DNA from: the human T2T-CHM13v2.0 reference genome, Homo sapiens
Strand: one strand, 5' to 3'
Length of the DNA: 64,000 nucleotides
NCBI RefSeq assembly: GCF_009914755.1
Contig: NC_060931.1
Positions 1-17,339 of this stretch are shown piece by piece. The translations under genes were made by a program, and so were the position numbers. The notes beneath the pieces were generated by a model that worked only from the letters and a program-made list of their open reading frames with translations, was not told the origin of the DNA and made no database searches. The stretch's first letter is position 1; each line of letters opens with the position of its first letter.

Positions 1-58
1 GTTCTTCTGTCATGGCTTCAGCCGGTCCCTCTGTTTGGGGTCCCTGACTTCCTGCAAC
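1..58 (+). mobile_element. 3' end of ERV1 LTR (MER41-like)
   Basis: Ends ...tttggggtccctgacttcctgcaaca, resembling the MER41 LTR terminus. Confidence 0.6.
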
Positions 59-565
59 AGCTGGGGCCCTGTGCCCATGCCCTGGATGTTTATACTCCTC
101 CGAGCGAAGGCAGCCGCCTGACTCCATATGTGGAAGAGGAAGCTGGGCAGGGACGAGCACTGTCTTTATACATGGTCTGGACATGTGGAAAGCTGGCCAA
201 GAAGAGGATGGAGCCAACACAGGATGGAGACTGAGCTTTTGGGAGATACAGAGGCAAGGAAAGCATGTTGGTAGCTGTGGGGGCTATTGGTTGCAGGCTT
301 GGCTTCAATGCTTGGGCTCTAGTGCCTGACATTGCCATGCAGACTTCCCAGTCGTGTCCGCACTCAGCTCAACACGCCTCACTTGTGCCCTGTTACCTGG
401 ATTCACAGGGACTAAGCCAGTCTTGCCTGATCATACCTGCAACTAGATTTTGGCTTAATCCTTTGTGATGTGGACCCACAAACCAAGACATTGTAACTGA
501 TGTCACAATGTCAGTTTTGCATCGATGGGGCTACATATGCTAGATTTTTCTTTTTTAAAAATAAA

Positions 566-846
566 TTTTTTGAGACAGGGTCTTGCTCTGTCACCCAGGC
601 TAGAGTGCTGTGGTGTGACCATTGCTCACTGCAGCCTTGACCTCCTGGGCTCAAGTGATCCTCCCACTTCAGCCTCCTGAGTAGCTGGGACCACAGGCAT
701 GCACCACCATGCCTAGCTAATTTTTTATTTTTTGTAGAGATGGAGTTTTGCCATGCCGCTCATGCTCGTCTCCTGGGGTCAAGTGACCTGCCTGCCTCGG
801 CCTCCCAAAGTGCTGAGATTAAAGGCGTGAGCCACCGTGCTTGGCC
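566..846 (-). mobile_element. Alu (AluJ-like)
   Basis: poly-T then gagacagggtcttgctctgtcacccaggc ... gagccaccgtgcttggcc. Confidence 0.95.
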
Positions 847-1248
847 ATACACCAGATTCTGGGGGAGAGTGAGTATCAGTGTCAGCCAGCCTTAGCCAGT
901 ACTGCATTACAGTTTGAAAGATGACTTTATGATAAAGATCTTAGATGTGGGTTGACTGGAATCCAGACCACTGGACTGAAGTTCCCTGAGGGCAGGTTCT
1001 GAGTCTCAGCTATCTTTGCATGCTAGCCAGAGCATAGAAACTTTGCTATGTGTTTTAAATACGTGTTTTGCATGAACAAATGAAGTCTCTCTTAATCTGA
1101 ATTAAAAAGATATATATATACCTTACTAGGCATATCTGGAAAGTGAATATCTTTATATTAAATATGCATCAAATTTGGTGTTTCTAAAAAGTTGTTTGTG
1201 GTTCAAGTTAGGGAGAAGGCAGAAAGCCTTTCCATTTAAAATTTATAA

Positions 1249-1640
<392 letters not shown>

Positions 1641-1743
1641 TAAGTGGTATACTTTGAATGTTACTTGATCCTTTTTTGATAACTCAAAGTCACTGTTACA
1701 AGCATTAATTGCTATAAAATTATGACTTTAGAGCCTACGACTG

Positions 1744-1975
1744 CAGCTGTCAAACTTTTTGACCCTAATTTACCTTAAGAAATGAATTTTACAGTGCAAC
1801 CTAGTATTGCAGATATGTAGATGAGACACAAGTTCCCAAAGATAATACTTATCTTCACTACCTAAAAAGCACTGTGATCTCTTGTCTTCTGTTGTTTAAA
1901 ATGTTGGTCAGGATTCACTAAACCATGATGATTGCCCCATCATCATGGGTGGTGCCTATGGTTTGCAAACACTGA
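1744..1975. mobile_element. hAT-Charlie/MER-type DNA transposon relic
   Basis: Termini cagctgtcaaac ... gtttgcaaacactg resemble hAT TIRs. Confidence 0.4.
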
Positions 1976-2277
1976 GAAAGAATGCAAGGACTTTCAGCTT
2001 CCCCGCTTTCTGGCTTTTACCTGTATTTTCCTGCAGTCTGGTGTCACTTCTTTTTATGTGAAGGCCTGCCCCCACAATCCTCCTTAGAGTTCTAATTTCC
2101 TGAACTTGGAAATCAGACCATCAAGTTTGCTGGTATTATGTATAAACTGAGAGTAAACTGTTTCTCAATGACAGCCTGAAGGTGCCCTGGACCATGGCGT
2201 GGAGCTGAGGAGCAGCGACTCAGAGCCCCTCCGAGCCGCTCTGAGCTCCTGGCTGGGTTCCCATGCAGCTTCACTCA

Positions 2278-2843
<566 letters not shown>

Positions 2844-2865
2844 CTACCCTGAGCTGCCTTTGCTC

Positions 2866-3165
2866 TATTATTATTATTATTTTTGAGATAGGGTCTGGCT
2901 CTATCACCCAGGCTGCAGTGTAGTGGTGCATCTTGGCTTACTGCAACCTCCACCTCCTGGGCTCAAGTGATCCTCCCACCCCAGCCTCCCCAGTAGCTGC
3001 GACTACAGGCGCACACTACCGCGCCTGCCTAATTTTTGCATTTTTTGTAGAGATGGGGTTTCACCATGTTGTGCAGGCTGCTCTCGAACTCCTGAGTTCA
3101 AGTGATCTGCCTGCCTTCGTCTCCCAAAGTGCTGGGATTATAGGTGTTAGCTACTGCGGCCGGCC
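2866..3165 (-). mobile_element. Alu (AluJ-like)
   Basis: (tta)n tail and dimer; inverted relative to the Alu at 2411. Confidence 0.92.
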
Positions 3166-3339
3166 CCTGTGCCTTATTATTTATAGCTCCTCCTAGTGTA
3201 CACTTTAACTGTCATGGATCTTTCCACTTAAATGCAAACAAAGACAAACATTAATATATGAAATTGCAAAAAGTGTGTCAAGTTTGTGTGTGTAGATATC
3301 TTATATTGGTTTCTAAAAATTACAGCAAAAGGGGTAGAT

Positions 3340-3660
3340 ACTGTGCCCCTAGACAACCTAAATCACAAGCAATCAGGCACTAGTTAAATAAATTATTGGC
3401 ACATCCATTCAATGGAATGCTGGAGATGCATAAAAATGATGATGCAGATCTATATTTACTAAAATGTATCCATGATAATTTTAGATGAAAAAAAGCATGT
3501 TTCAAAGCAATGTCTATAATAAGATTCTACTTTTATTTTAAAAATATAAAATATATGCATGTAGATACATATGTACAACACACAGACAAACACATACACA
3601 TAGAAAAAAGATTGGAAAGTTTTACATGGAAATACTTATTTTCTTATTTGACTTGTTTAG
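3340..3660 (+). mobile_element. Old L1M(E) 3' fragment
   Basis: gacaacctaaat...ttaaataaattattggcacatccattcaatggaat motif of L1M 3' ends. Confidence 0.6.
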
Positions 3661-3893
3661 ACTTTTCTGAAATATTGGCAGTTTTTGCAGTGCATTCCTT
3701 TTATAATAAGAACAAAGGCAATTTTAACTTTGAAAAAAATAAAACTATATTATTATGCAAAACAGCACCTCTGTTTGGAGCACCACTCCTATTTGCACCC
3801 CATCCCATCCTCAAGTCAAACTTTCAGAAGAGTTCTACTCATACAAAAAAAGGGTAAGTTAAATCTTTATTGGATAATTCTTACATTAATGCA

Positions 3894-4052
3894 TTTTATT
3901 TTTTTAGAGACAGGGTCTCGCTCTGTAACCCAGGCTGGACTGCAGTGGTGTGATCACAGCTCATTGTAGCCTCAAACTCCTGGGCTCAAGTGATCCTCCT
4001 GCCTCAGCCTCCTGAATAGCTGGGAATACAAGCATGAGCCACGGTGCCCAAC
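3894..4052 (-). mobile_element. Alu monomer (FRAM-like) with TSD cattaat(g/t)catttta
   Basis: Single Alu arm with flanking direct repeats. Confidence 0.85.
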
Positions 4053-4319
4053 TCATTAATTCATTTTAAAGCAAACCACTGGCTTATGGTTTTACTTTTA
4101 ACGTCATGTTCTCTTCCCTGATGGAATTATGGAGGTGGAAACTCAAGCAGACGTGTTTGCTAGTTACTTCCTTGGCAGCAGCAGGCTATGGGCCTCTCCA
4201 GCCTTGGAGAAGACAAGTTGAAAAGCTCACATGACCTATATTCTGATGCTAGTTTTCCTAAGCCAGAGTCAATTCAAGTGTAAAACAATGTTAGTTTAAA
4301 GATGGGAATGATCCCTAAC

Positions 4320-4545
4320 TCTTGCTAGTGCTTTTCTCTTTACAAAGTTCATTTGCATCCGTGGCATAACTGGTATCTCACAGAAAACTGACTAGGGAGG
4401 GAGGGCGAGCAGAAGCATCATTCTCAGTTCACAGATGAGGAATCTAAGGTGGGGCAACTTGCCCAAGGCCACCCTATGGGGACTGGTACAGACGGGATCC
4501 AAACCTAGTTTTCCTGGGTTTGTTCTCTTTATTCTGTGCCATTGC
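4320..4545 (-). mobile_element. MIR
   Basis: acagatgaggaatctaaggtggggcaacttgcccaaggccac core. Confidence 0.7.
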
Positions 4546-4710
4546 ATTCTTTCTAGAAATACAGAAATCATATAATTTATCATCCCAACTAGACAGCTTT
4601 GAAAGTAAAAGGGGGTGCTAAATGGATGGGCTCCAGGGCAAGAGGTATAAATTGTGACTCTCCCAGGCAAATTAGGACTTCTGGTCACTTTAGATATAAC
4701 CCAGCCCCTT

Positions 4711-4770
4711 ACACACACACAGACCCACAACACACACACACACACACAGACACACATACACACACACACA
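4711..4770 (+). repeat. Interrupted (CA)n microsatellite
   Basis: Direct reading. Confidence 0.9.
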
Positions 4771-4844
4771 GGGCGAATCACATCTTTTAAATAGGAAAGA
4801 GAAATGCAGCAGGGTAACAATGCCTATAAAGTGCTAGAGTATTA

Positions 4845-5504
<660 letters not shown>

Positions 5505-6768
5505 GCACTTAAGTATAACTTGTATTTTATTGTTTGTGGAAGTTAGTCTAGGCTTTACATTTCCAGGTCATCAGCTTGCAGGCAGTAAGAATACAAAGTC
5601 TAGATTGGGCAACTGGTATTAATCAAAGTGAGCCACATTCCAAATGTGGCCAGTTTAAGTTTTTCTGTTATCCATATTTGGTCCAACATTCTGAACACAA
5701 AAAATGGGTTTTATTGTTGAAACTTGTGACTTAGTATAATCACTGCTAGAAACAGGCTTTTTACTGGTGCAATTAACGGTATTCAAGGTATGTAGCCTGG
5801 CCAAAACCCTGAGAGACACTACCCACCCTTGTATAAACAGGTATTAGAATCCAGCCAGGCCTGTCCCTTCAGGGATGGTGCTCTGGGCTGCCCTGTGTCC
5901 AGCCACCAAATCTGGATGGTTTATGAGGGGATGATGCTGCTTTGGGAAAACAGTGTAACAGTGTCCCCTCTCTAGAGGATTCTTGTAGTTGCCTAGGGCG
6001 AACCTTTCGTGTCAGGTGTGGTTGGAAAACCTCAAAGGAGAGAGGGCTGGGCCTTTGTCAAGCTTCCCAAACAAGCTGAATCAACTGTTTTGTTTCTACT
6101 TGTCAATAAACGTTTGTTTGATAAATGCCTGCATCTGTGGCAGAATTCAGTCTCATACCCACATTCATTCACATGGTATTCACAACTGCAAGGTTGTGCG
6201 GGAGAAGCTGACCCTCACCACATCTATCTTTTACAACCTTTTACGCTGGCAACTGTGTCCTACCAGAGAGAACCCAAGAGGCCTATGTGGCCAAACCACT
6301 TTAGGTTGGTCCACAACAAACATGCCACTTGGTGAATCTGAAATGGGTAGACTTCAGGAAGGGATCCCTTAGTACATTTTCCTCATCACCAGATTTTGAG
6401 CCTCAGGAAAGCAGAGACGGGGTCTGTCTTGTTCACTACTATAAGCCTCATGAAGTGCCTGCCCACAGGAAATGTGTAATTTACATTTGTCAAATGAATA
6501 AAATAAGAAAGAATTTTGTCATTTCTAGATCTGGCTTATTAACTGTAATCTGTGATTGTTCTTTATTCTGCTAATGAGAACTGATCTGCACAGATCACAA
6601 CCTGTTCTTTGCCCTGATTAAGTTAGTACTTCAAAAAGCAACAAATAACAGGCTAATAGTAAAAACCACTGGGATGATACTGTTTAATTCACACAATAAT
6701 GCAATGAGATTGGTATCATCACCCCCATGTTTGGATGAGGAAACCAATGTCCAGAGAGGTTTTATCTC

Positions 6769-7063
6769 TTTTTTTTTTTTTTTTTTTTTTTTTTTAGACA
6801 GAGTCTTGCTCTGTTGCCCAGGCTGGAGTGCAGTGGTACGATCTGAGCTTGTTGCAACCTCTACTCACTGCAACCTCCCGCCTCCTGGGTTCAAGTGATT
6901 CTTGTGCCTCAGCCTCCCAAGTAGCTGGGACTACAGGCATGTGCCATCACACCCGGCTAATTTTTGTATTTTTAGTAGAGATGGCGTTTCACTATGTTGG
7001 CCAGGCTGGTCTCAAACTCCTAACCTCAGGTGATCTGCCCCCCTTGGCCTCCCAAAGTGCTGG
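6769..7063 (-). mobile_element. Alu lacking its 5' ~30 nt, interrupting a MIR (about 6670-7160)
   Basis: Alu stops at aaagtgctgg; MIR-like sequence on both sides. Confidence 0.88.
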
Positions 7064-7183
7064 TACAGTGGCATTAGCCAAGTTAGTAAAGCCAAGACTT
7101 GCACTCAGTTCTGTCAGACTCCAAACCCAAGCACGCTCTCCTGTGCTGTGCTACCCAGAATTAGCAATAACTCAGTTTTGTAG

Positions 7184-7554
<371 letters not shown>

Positions 7555-7789
7555 TGAACACATGCATCTTTTTGGCACTTCATCTTATTTTATCAAAAGC
7601 TTTTTTTGGGGGAAAAACTAGATGGATGTTGGAATATATAAGCCTGCCTTCCGGTTCTTTTACTTTTAATTATTTTGATTGACATATGGCCTTGAGGGAT
7701 GTCTAAGGGCCTCTCCTATCTTTGAGCTGCAGAAGGATCCGTCCCCAGGAATCTGTCGCAGCTCTCCCTGTCTCCAGGGCACCACTCCG

Positions 7790-8210
7790 ACACCCTCCCC
7801 CCATGCACCCCTGCCACTTGCCACACTAGACAACTGAGAGCCTTTTGTTTCACGCCTCTGTGGCTTGGTGCACAGTGTTCTTTCTCTGGAATCCTGGTCC
7901 ACTCGTTTGTTCTTCACCTTGGTTAACTCCTTGTTTTCTTTCAGGATCTAGCTCAAACATTAGCGCATTTGGGACACTTAGGAGATTCCCTGCTATCCTG
8001 AACCTCTGCCAGGTCTCACCTGAAGCCCTTTCTCTCTGCTCTCTGGACCCACTGAGCACACCTCCACCTTAGCACCTGGCACGTGGCTCCGTAGTAACAG
8101 ATAGATTTGCCACCCTTCTTCGCATATAAAGAGCCCAAGTCAGGAACTTTTTCTTAGTACTGGTACATAGCAGGCACTCCAAGTGTGTTAGATAATAAAT
8201 GAATAAATCA
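7790..8210 (+). mobile_element. L2 3' fragment
   Basis: tggtacatagcaggcactccaagtgtgttagataataaatgaataa L2-type tail. Confidence 0.55.
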
Positions 8211-8356
8211 GGAAATAATTAGCCAATCCACAGTAAAGCAAGAGAGAAATGCAGGGATCAGTGGGCAGCAGTCTGCAGTGGTCTGAGAGCTAGCTAAACT
8301 GAATTATTTCTCTTAGCCACTGTGCTTATTTTTTAACTTTAAGAGCATCATAGTTG

Positions 8357-8654
8357 TTTTTGTTTTTTGTTTTTGTTTTTGTCTTTTTTTTTTTGAGATG
8401 GAGTATCGCCCTGTCGCCCAGGCTGGAGTGCAGTGGCACTATCTCAGCCCACTGCAACCTCTGCCTCCGGGTTCAAGTGATTCTCCTGCCTCAGCCTCTG
8501 GAGTAGCTGGGATTACAGGCGTGCATCACCATGCCCAGCTAATTTTTTTGTATTTTTAGTAGAGATGGGGTTTCACCATGTTGGCCAGGCTGGTCTTGGA
8601 CTCCTGACTTCAAGTGATCCGCCTGCCTTGGCCTCCCAAAGTGCTGGGATTACA
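8357..8654 (-). mobile_element. 5'-truncated Alu with TSD catagttg
   Basis: Ends at gggattaca; catagttg(t/g)tttt on both flanks. Confidence 0.92.
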
Positions 8655-9144
8655 TAGTTGGTTTTTATGAGACAACAGACCATTTAATTCTGAGTGTTCT
8701 GCTCCTTTGCCTGTTACAGCAAAAAACACCACCACCACCACCACCAAAAAAAACAAAAACAAAAACAAAAACAACAAACCTCTGGAAAGATATTCCTTTG
8801 TGGCCAGTTCTCCATCACTATGCCAGCCACCAGCATCCCCTCTGGGGACTGGGGTGATCTGATAGCGCCCAAGGACAGGCTGCACTCACCAACTCTGTGG
8901 CTTCTAGGTCCCCGATGTAGACCAACAAATGACCTGAGCAGAGCTATAGCTCGATCCAACTGTGGGACTCTGGCCTAATGAAAAACAATTCCCAGCATAG
9001 CCTGACCCCTTCAAAATGCAGATAAAAATAATTTAGTGATTTCCTCCCACTAAACTCTTGGGCATCAACCAAGAAATCTGCAGTGTGGCTGCTCTGATGC
9101 CATTGTACAATGGCAAATAGTTAGGTTTTCTTTGTGCTTTTATC

Positions 9145-9325
9145 AGTGCTTATTAGCAGGAACACACCTGGCATTTTAAGAGGGTTAATTCTCCGTTGGG
9201 TGGAATTGTTCCATGCAATGCACAGCATTTAGCACTTCTACTCCGATGGATGCCAGTTACCACAACAGCCCCCAAATGAACATTTTCCAAACATCTCTAG
9301 TGGTAAGAGCCATCAGGAATACTGG
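9145..9325. mobile_element. MER20-like hAT relic
   Basis: taattctccgttgggtggaattgttccatgcaatgcacagcatttagcac...gatgccagtta resembles MER20. Confidence 0.5.
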
Positions 9326-11126
9326 GCTTCCTGGTGGAGTTAGATTTGATTAATTTTGCAGCATCTTAGAAGAAATGGAAGAGGCCACCCAACCCAGGCG
9401 GTGGGTTGAATTCTAAAGGGACAAGGTCCAGGGAGTTAGACAGCACACATGAAGCAATGAGCCAGTTGGACCAAGGCTTGTTTGTGGGAAGAAGTGGAGG
9501 TCCTGAGAGCAGAGAAGGTGCACTGGTTCCTTGAATGAAGAAGTCAAGGCAGCGAGGAAGATGGGCTCACGGAACCAAGAGATCTGAGCTTGGGTAGAGG
9601 TCAAAATGGTACAAAAAAGATGAAGAATGAGTGGGGGATGGAGGAAGGCTGGGCTATGGGCTGAACCCTGGCTGCAGTCTGAGCCTCCTCCTCACAGCCT
9701 TTGGTATGCAGGGCATACCAAAGAAGCCAAGAAAGTCATCGATTCTGGACAGCTCCAACAGCTTAAAGTTTCTAGTTAGGAACTAGCTGTCTTCTCTTGC
9801 TTGGCCTTAAAAGAGCAACAACACAGCAACAACCCTATCACCACTGTGGTCACACCCTGCGAACATGACCTCCTGCAGAGAACTTCTATGTTTCCCAAAG
9901 TGACCTAAAAGGGCATTTGTATCCCAAAGGGGGAGAGGCTCTAAAACAAGCCCAGGAGAAAAATCCACTGAAGTGCTGAGTACAGGGCATGAGTACAGAA
10001 ATCATTGCCCATCACTCTGATTTAATGGCTAGAAGCTCAACAGCTCTAACAGGAGAGCAATGGGCAAAGTTGCAGTGAAGCTACTTATTCCTGTGTCTCA
10101 TCTTTCTCACTTATTTTAAATTTATTTTATCTTGTTCTGTTGTTTGCAACTTTATAAGTGGCCTTAAATCCTTTTGCAACAAAGATGGGTATAAATAAAT
10201 AAAGCAAAGAAATAAAATACGTGGCTGCTGTTGTCAGCACTGCCAGACTGGGCGCGAAGTGTTTTATCTCTGATCTAAGAGGAAGGACGTGCTCTGCTGA
10301 AGTGAGAAGGGAGGAAGAAGGAGGAGAAAACTCCACAGTGTCGTGGAGAACAGTTGGCTGTGGACCCAGAGGCCTGCGTACTGTTCCGTGTCTGCATCAA
10401 AGAATCACAGAACCTCATGCAAGTTACTAACCTCTCGGGCCTCAGTGTCCCTACCTTTAAAATGAAGGATTATATTGAATGATTTCAATGGTCCCCTTAT
10501 TTCCAAGCACTGTGATTCTGTGAGGCACCCACATTTGGCTCTTGTTCCTCTTCCTCTCTTCCTCAATAAAACAGCCTCTCCAAGTTGAGTGGGCCAGTAA
10601 GGGCTCCTTCTAAAGGAGTTTCTAGGGGTGAAGACAAATATAAGTCAGATGAGTCATCCAAAGAAATATTTTTGCCCCATTAAAATAAATTGGAGCGCAA
10701 CTTATTTGGGAATGTAGGAAACTAAGATTTCATTGGATAATTAACTGATCAATTTTCCCACTGTGAAATGGGTTAAAAATGTTGGCTTTTATCTCTATTC
10801 ACTGATGAGGTGTTAAGTTCCTTCCTTTCAAATAAGTTCTGTTATAGAAAGTAGTTATCATCTGTTTGTATAATATCTTAAGACTGCTGTACCATTCATT
10901 AGTAACAATCAAAAGAATATTATTAGCATATGTCCAAGAAATGGAAGGCATTGCTAATATTCTGGGACATTCTTCTTTTGCTTTCCATTTAAGATTTTAG
11001 ACTTGTTTTGGTGTACATAGTCTCACAAAACCATAGTCACGCGCCCTATTTGTATACAGAATGTCTTAGGACAAATGTTGCTTTTAGCAGACCCAATTCA
11101 GAACATCAGAGAGTAGTGCCCTAGAG

Positions 11127-11205
11127 CAGTGGTTCTCAAACATCAATGACTCCAGTCTCTTGTTAAAATGCAGATCCTTATTCTGTAGGTCAATGTATTT
11201 TAATC
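11127..11205. mobile_element. MER5 (hAT-Charlie) first part; remainder at about 15465-15512
   Basis: cagtggttctcaaa...cttgttaaaatgcagat; distal gatgcagctgatcagagaaccacacttgg. Confidence 0.55.
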
Positions 11206-11233
11206 ATGCCTTTTAAAATTTTTTCTTATTTCT

Positions 11234-12351
<1,118 letters not shown>

Positions 12352-12564
12352 ACCAGGGATGATATATTAGTCCATTCTCACACTGCTATCAAGCTCTACC
12401 TGAAACTGGGTAATTTATGAAGAAAAGAGGTTTAATTGACTCACAGTTCCACAGGCTTAACAGGAAGCATGACTGGGAGGCCTCAGGAAACTTACAATCA
12501 TGGTAGAAGGTGAAGGGGAAGCAAGCACGTCTTACTATGGAGGAGCAGGAGAGAGAAACAGTGA

Positions 12565-12930
<366 letters not shown>

Positions 12931-12991
12931 AGTGCCACACACTTTTAAAGCATCAGATCTTGTGAGAACTCACTCACTATCACAAGAACAG

Positions 12992-13342
12992 TGTATTAGT
13001 CCATTTTCATGCTGCTGATAAAGACATACCCGAGACTGGGCAATTTACAAAAGAAAGAGGTTTAATGGTCTTACAGTTCCACATGGCTGGAGAAGGCAAG
13101 GAGGAGCAAGTCACGTCTTACATGGATGGCAGCAGGCAAAGAGAGAGAATGAGAGCCAAGCAAAGGGGGAACCCATATAAAACCATCAGATCTCATGAGA
13201 ATTTATTCACTATCACGAGAACAGCATGGGGGAAACCGCCCCCATGATTGAATTATCTCCAACTGGTCCTGCCCTTGACATGTGGGGATTATTACAATTC
13301 AAGGTGAGATTTGGGTGGGGACACAGAGCCAAACCATTATCA
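12992..13342 (-). mobile_element. THE1 solo LTR nested in the MST LTR
   Basis: tgtattagtccattttcatgctgctgataaagacatacccgagactggg...accattatca; 5-bp TSD aacag at 12987-12991 and 13343-13347. Confidence 0.9.
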
Positions 13343-14220
13343 AACAGCAAGGGGAAACCCATCCCCATGATCCAATGACCTCCCACTAGGCCCCTCCTCC
13401 AATTCAACATGAGATTTGGATGGGGACACAAATCCAAAGCATATCATCTGTCCCTGGCCCCTCCCAAATCTCATGTCCTTCTCACACTGCAAAATACAAT
13501 TATCCCTTCTCAACAGTTTCCCAGTCTTAACTCATTTCAGCCATTAACTCAAAAGTCCACAGTCCAAAAGTCTCATCTGAGACAAGGTAAGTCCCTTTTA
13601 CCTGTGAGTCTGTAAAATCAGAAACAAGTTAGTTACTTCCAAGATACATTGGGGGTACAGGCATTGGGTAAATGTTCTTGCTCTAAATGGGAGAAATTGG
13701 CCAAAACAAAGGGGCAACAGGCCCCATGCAAGTTTGAAACCTAGTAGGGCAGTCATTAAATCTTAAAGCTCCAAAATAATCCCCTTTGACTCCATGTCTC
13801 ACATCCAGGCAACACTGACATAAGCAATGGGGTCCTAAGGGCTTGGGCAGCTCTGCCCTGGTGACTCTGCAGGGTACAACCCCTACGGCTACTTTCATGG
13901 TGTTGAGTGCCTGTGGCACTTCCAGGCGCATGGTGCAAGATGTTGGTCTATCTACCATTCTGGGGTGGGGAACAGTGGCCCTCTTCTCACAGCTCCACTA
14001 GGCAATGCCCCAGTGCGGACTTTGTGTGGGGCTTCCAACCCCACATTTCACCTCTGCACTGCCCTAGTAGAGGTTCTCCTTGAGGGCTCCGCCCCTGCAG
14101 CAGACTTCTGCCTAGACATCCAGGCATTTTCCATACATCTTCTGAAATCTAGGTGGAGGTTCCCAAACTTCAACTCTTGCCTTCTGTGCAAATGCAGGCC
14201 CAACGTCATGTGGAAGCTGC

Positions 14221-14269
14221 TGAGGTTTGGGGCTTGCACCCTTTGAGGTTTGGGGCTTGCACCCTTTGA
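14221..14269 (+). repeat. 23-bp tandem duplication within MST internal region
   Basis: tgaggtttggggcttgcaccctt x2. Confidence 0.9.
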
Positions 14270-16214
14270 AGCCACTGCCTGAGGTGTACCTTGGCCCCTT
14301 TTAGCTGTGGCTGGAGCTGGAGCGGCTAGGATGCAGGGCACAGTGTCCCAAGGCTGCACAGGGCAGCTGGACTCTGAGCCTGGCCCACAAAACCATTTTT
14401 TCCTCCTAGGCCTCTGGGCCTGTGATGGGAGGGGCTGCTGTGAAGGTCTCTGGAATGCCCTGGAGACATTTTGCCCATTGTCTTGGCTATTAACATTCAG
14501 CTCCTCTTTAATTATGCAAATTTCTGCAGCAGGCTTGAATTTCTCCCCAGAAAAATGGCTTTTTCTTTTCTACCACATGGCTGGCCTGCAAATTTTCCAA
14601 ACTTTTATGCTCTGCTTCCCTTTTAAATACAAGTTCCAGTTTCAGAAAATCTCTTTGTTCAGCACATGAGCATATACTTTTAGAAACAACCAGGTCACAT
14701 CTTGAATACTTTGCTGCTTAGAAATTTCTTCTGCCAGATACCCTAAATCATCTCTCTCAAGTTCAAAGTTCCACAGATCCCTAGGGCAGGGGGGAAATGC
14801 TGCCAGTCTCTTTGCTAAAGCATAGCAAGAGTCACCTTTGCTCCACTTTCCAAGAAGTTCCTCATTCCCATCTGAGACCTCAGCCTGGACTTCATTGTCA
14901 ACATCACTATCAGCATTTTGGTCAAAAACCATTCAACAAGTCTCTAGGAAGTTCCAGACTGTCCCACATCTTCTTGTCTTCTTCTGAGCCCTCCAAACTG
15001 TTCCAACCTCTGCCTGTTATCCAGTTCCAAAGTCGCTTCCACATTTTCAGGTATCTTTATAGCAGTGTTTCACTCCTGGTAGTAATTTTCTGTATTAGCC
15101 CATTCTCATACTGCTATAAAGCACTACCTGAGACTGGGTAATTTATGAAGAAAAGAGGTTTAATTGACTCACAGTTCTGTAGGCTAAACAGGAAGCGTGA
15201 CTGGGAGGCCTCAGAAAATTTATAATCATGGCAGAAGGCAAAGGGGAAGCAAGCACATCTTACCGTGGCAGAGCAGGAGAGAGAGTGATGGGGGAAGTGC
15301 TAGACACTTCTAAATCATCAGATCTTGTGAGAACTCACTTGCTATCACGAGAATAGCAAGGGGGAAATTCACCCCCATGATCCAATCACCTCCCACCAAG
15401 CCCCTCCTCCAATTTGACATGAGATTTTGGTGAGGACACATATCCAAACCATATCAGATGGGGCCTGGTGATGATGATGCAGCTGATCAGAGAACCACAC
15501 TTGGTGTAGCCAGCCTCTAAATTCTGATGCTGTTACAGAATAGGGTGCCACCATGGCTGGGGTCTGACGGGAATGGCTGTGTTATATGTGTCTGGCCTGT
15601 GCCAGAGCCCAATGCGTTGCAGGAATAATGTGGGTGGAGTGGCCCAGGCTACTGCAGAGAGGGCCCTGAGGATAACTGTCAGGTTTCTGTCTTACTTTCC
15701 AAACGATGTGGGTCTGTGGAGCTTTACTAGATAGACATTAAATAAAAAGCTGCAGGGAAAAGAAAGCAGGGCCTGAGGCCCTTAAACTATAGCAGGCACA
15801 GTGGCAATAAGGGTGACTCAAGGCCCAAAGGGGAAAGGTTAGGACTCCGCAGGTTGGCTGGCTCAGGGCACCCATGGCATGCTGCCAACCTGAGCCATGT
15901 CAGACATGGGGCCTGGATGACACACATGCACCCTCAAGAAACCCCAGTCAGGAGGCCTCAGAGGGCCTCCAGGGTAAGCCTTAAAGATCCATGCAATTTT
16001 CTGGTACCCCACAGCAAGAAGCTACCCAGATGCCCATTAGCCCTTCTGCCCAGAGGTACATGAGGGCTCTGAGCACCTCACTCTCTCTCAGACGACCCAG
16101 GGATTTGAGAACTGACCTAGACAGGATCTCAAAACTTCTGACTGCAAGGCCAGAGCACTTTTCTCCACTCCAGGACATCGTGGTTCCATGTGTTGCTAAT
16201 AAAAGCAAACCCTG

Positions 16215-16605
16215 ATTAAGAACTATCCATTTGAAATACTTCACATAGCTTAGCTCATCTAATCTCCACAACTCTATATAGTAGCTGCTCTTTAAATCCT
16301 TATTTTCAAGATGAGTAAGCAAGCCTAGAGAGGCTAAGTAGCTTGCCCAAGCCACCCACTAATTGGCAGGGTCAGAATTTCAATCCAAATGCTATACAAC
16401 TGAACCTTCATTCTCGATTGCCACCCCTGCAGGACACACTAGGGCAGTGTTATTCCAGATGGAGCCCACAGCTCTGGATCGGAGGCATCAGTGCCTCTGG
16501 CAGGAAATGCCCCACCCTCCTGACCAGCTGAATGGGAATCTCAGGGGTGGGTCCAGGAATCTGTGCTTTACAAGCTCCTTGGATGAGTTTGCTATATGCT
16601 GAATA
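16215..16605. mobile_element. MIR (minus, about 16215-16420) and MER5A (about 16445-16605)
   Basis: agaggctaagtagcttgcccaag; ggggtgggtccaggaatctgtgctttacaagctcc. Confidence 0.65.
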
Positions 16606-16831
16606 TACCTATACTAGAGACATCCCTGAGGGAAGCTTATTTCCCAGGCCAGGCCAACAATAATAAGACCATATTACTATAGTAATATTATAATACATAT
16701 TACAGTTTTGAGTCAGAAGTTTTGAGATCCTGTCCAGGTCAGTTCTTGAATGCCTGGGTCCCCTGAGGGACAGGGAGGTACTCAGAGCTCTCATATACCT
16801 CTGGGCAGAAGAGCTAATGGCATCTGGATAG

Positions 16832-17149
<318 letters not shown>

Positions 17150-17339
17150 TAAGGGTTACCCTAGAAGCCCTCTGAGACCTCCTGACTGGGTTTCTTGAGG
17201 GTGCGTGTGTGGTGTCTAGGATCCAAGGCTGTCCATGTCACCCATGGGTCCTGGATGCCACACAGGACAGGTCTTCTTACAATAGTAGTAAGACCATAAG
17301 TGTAACTTGAAGTATAGACTTCACTGCTTAGCATAAACC

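Noticed and set aside
13683-15141. ORFs within the MST internal region
   Set aside because: Fragmented remnants of the decayed MaLR internal ORF, not an intact gene
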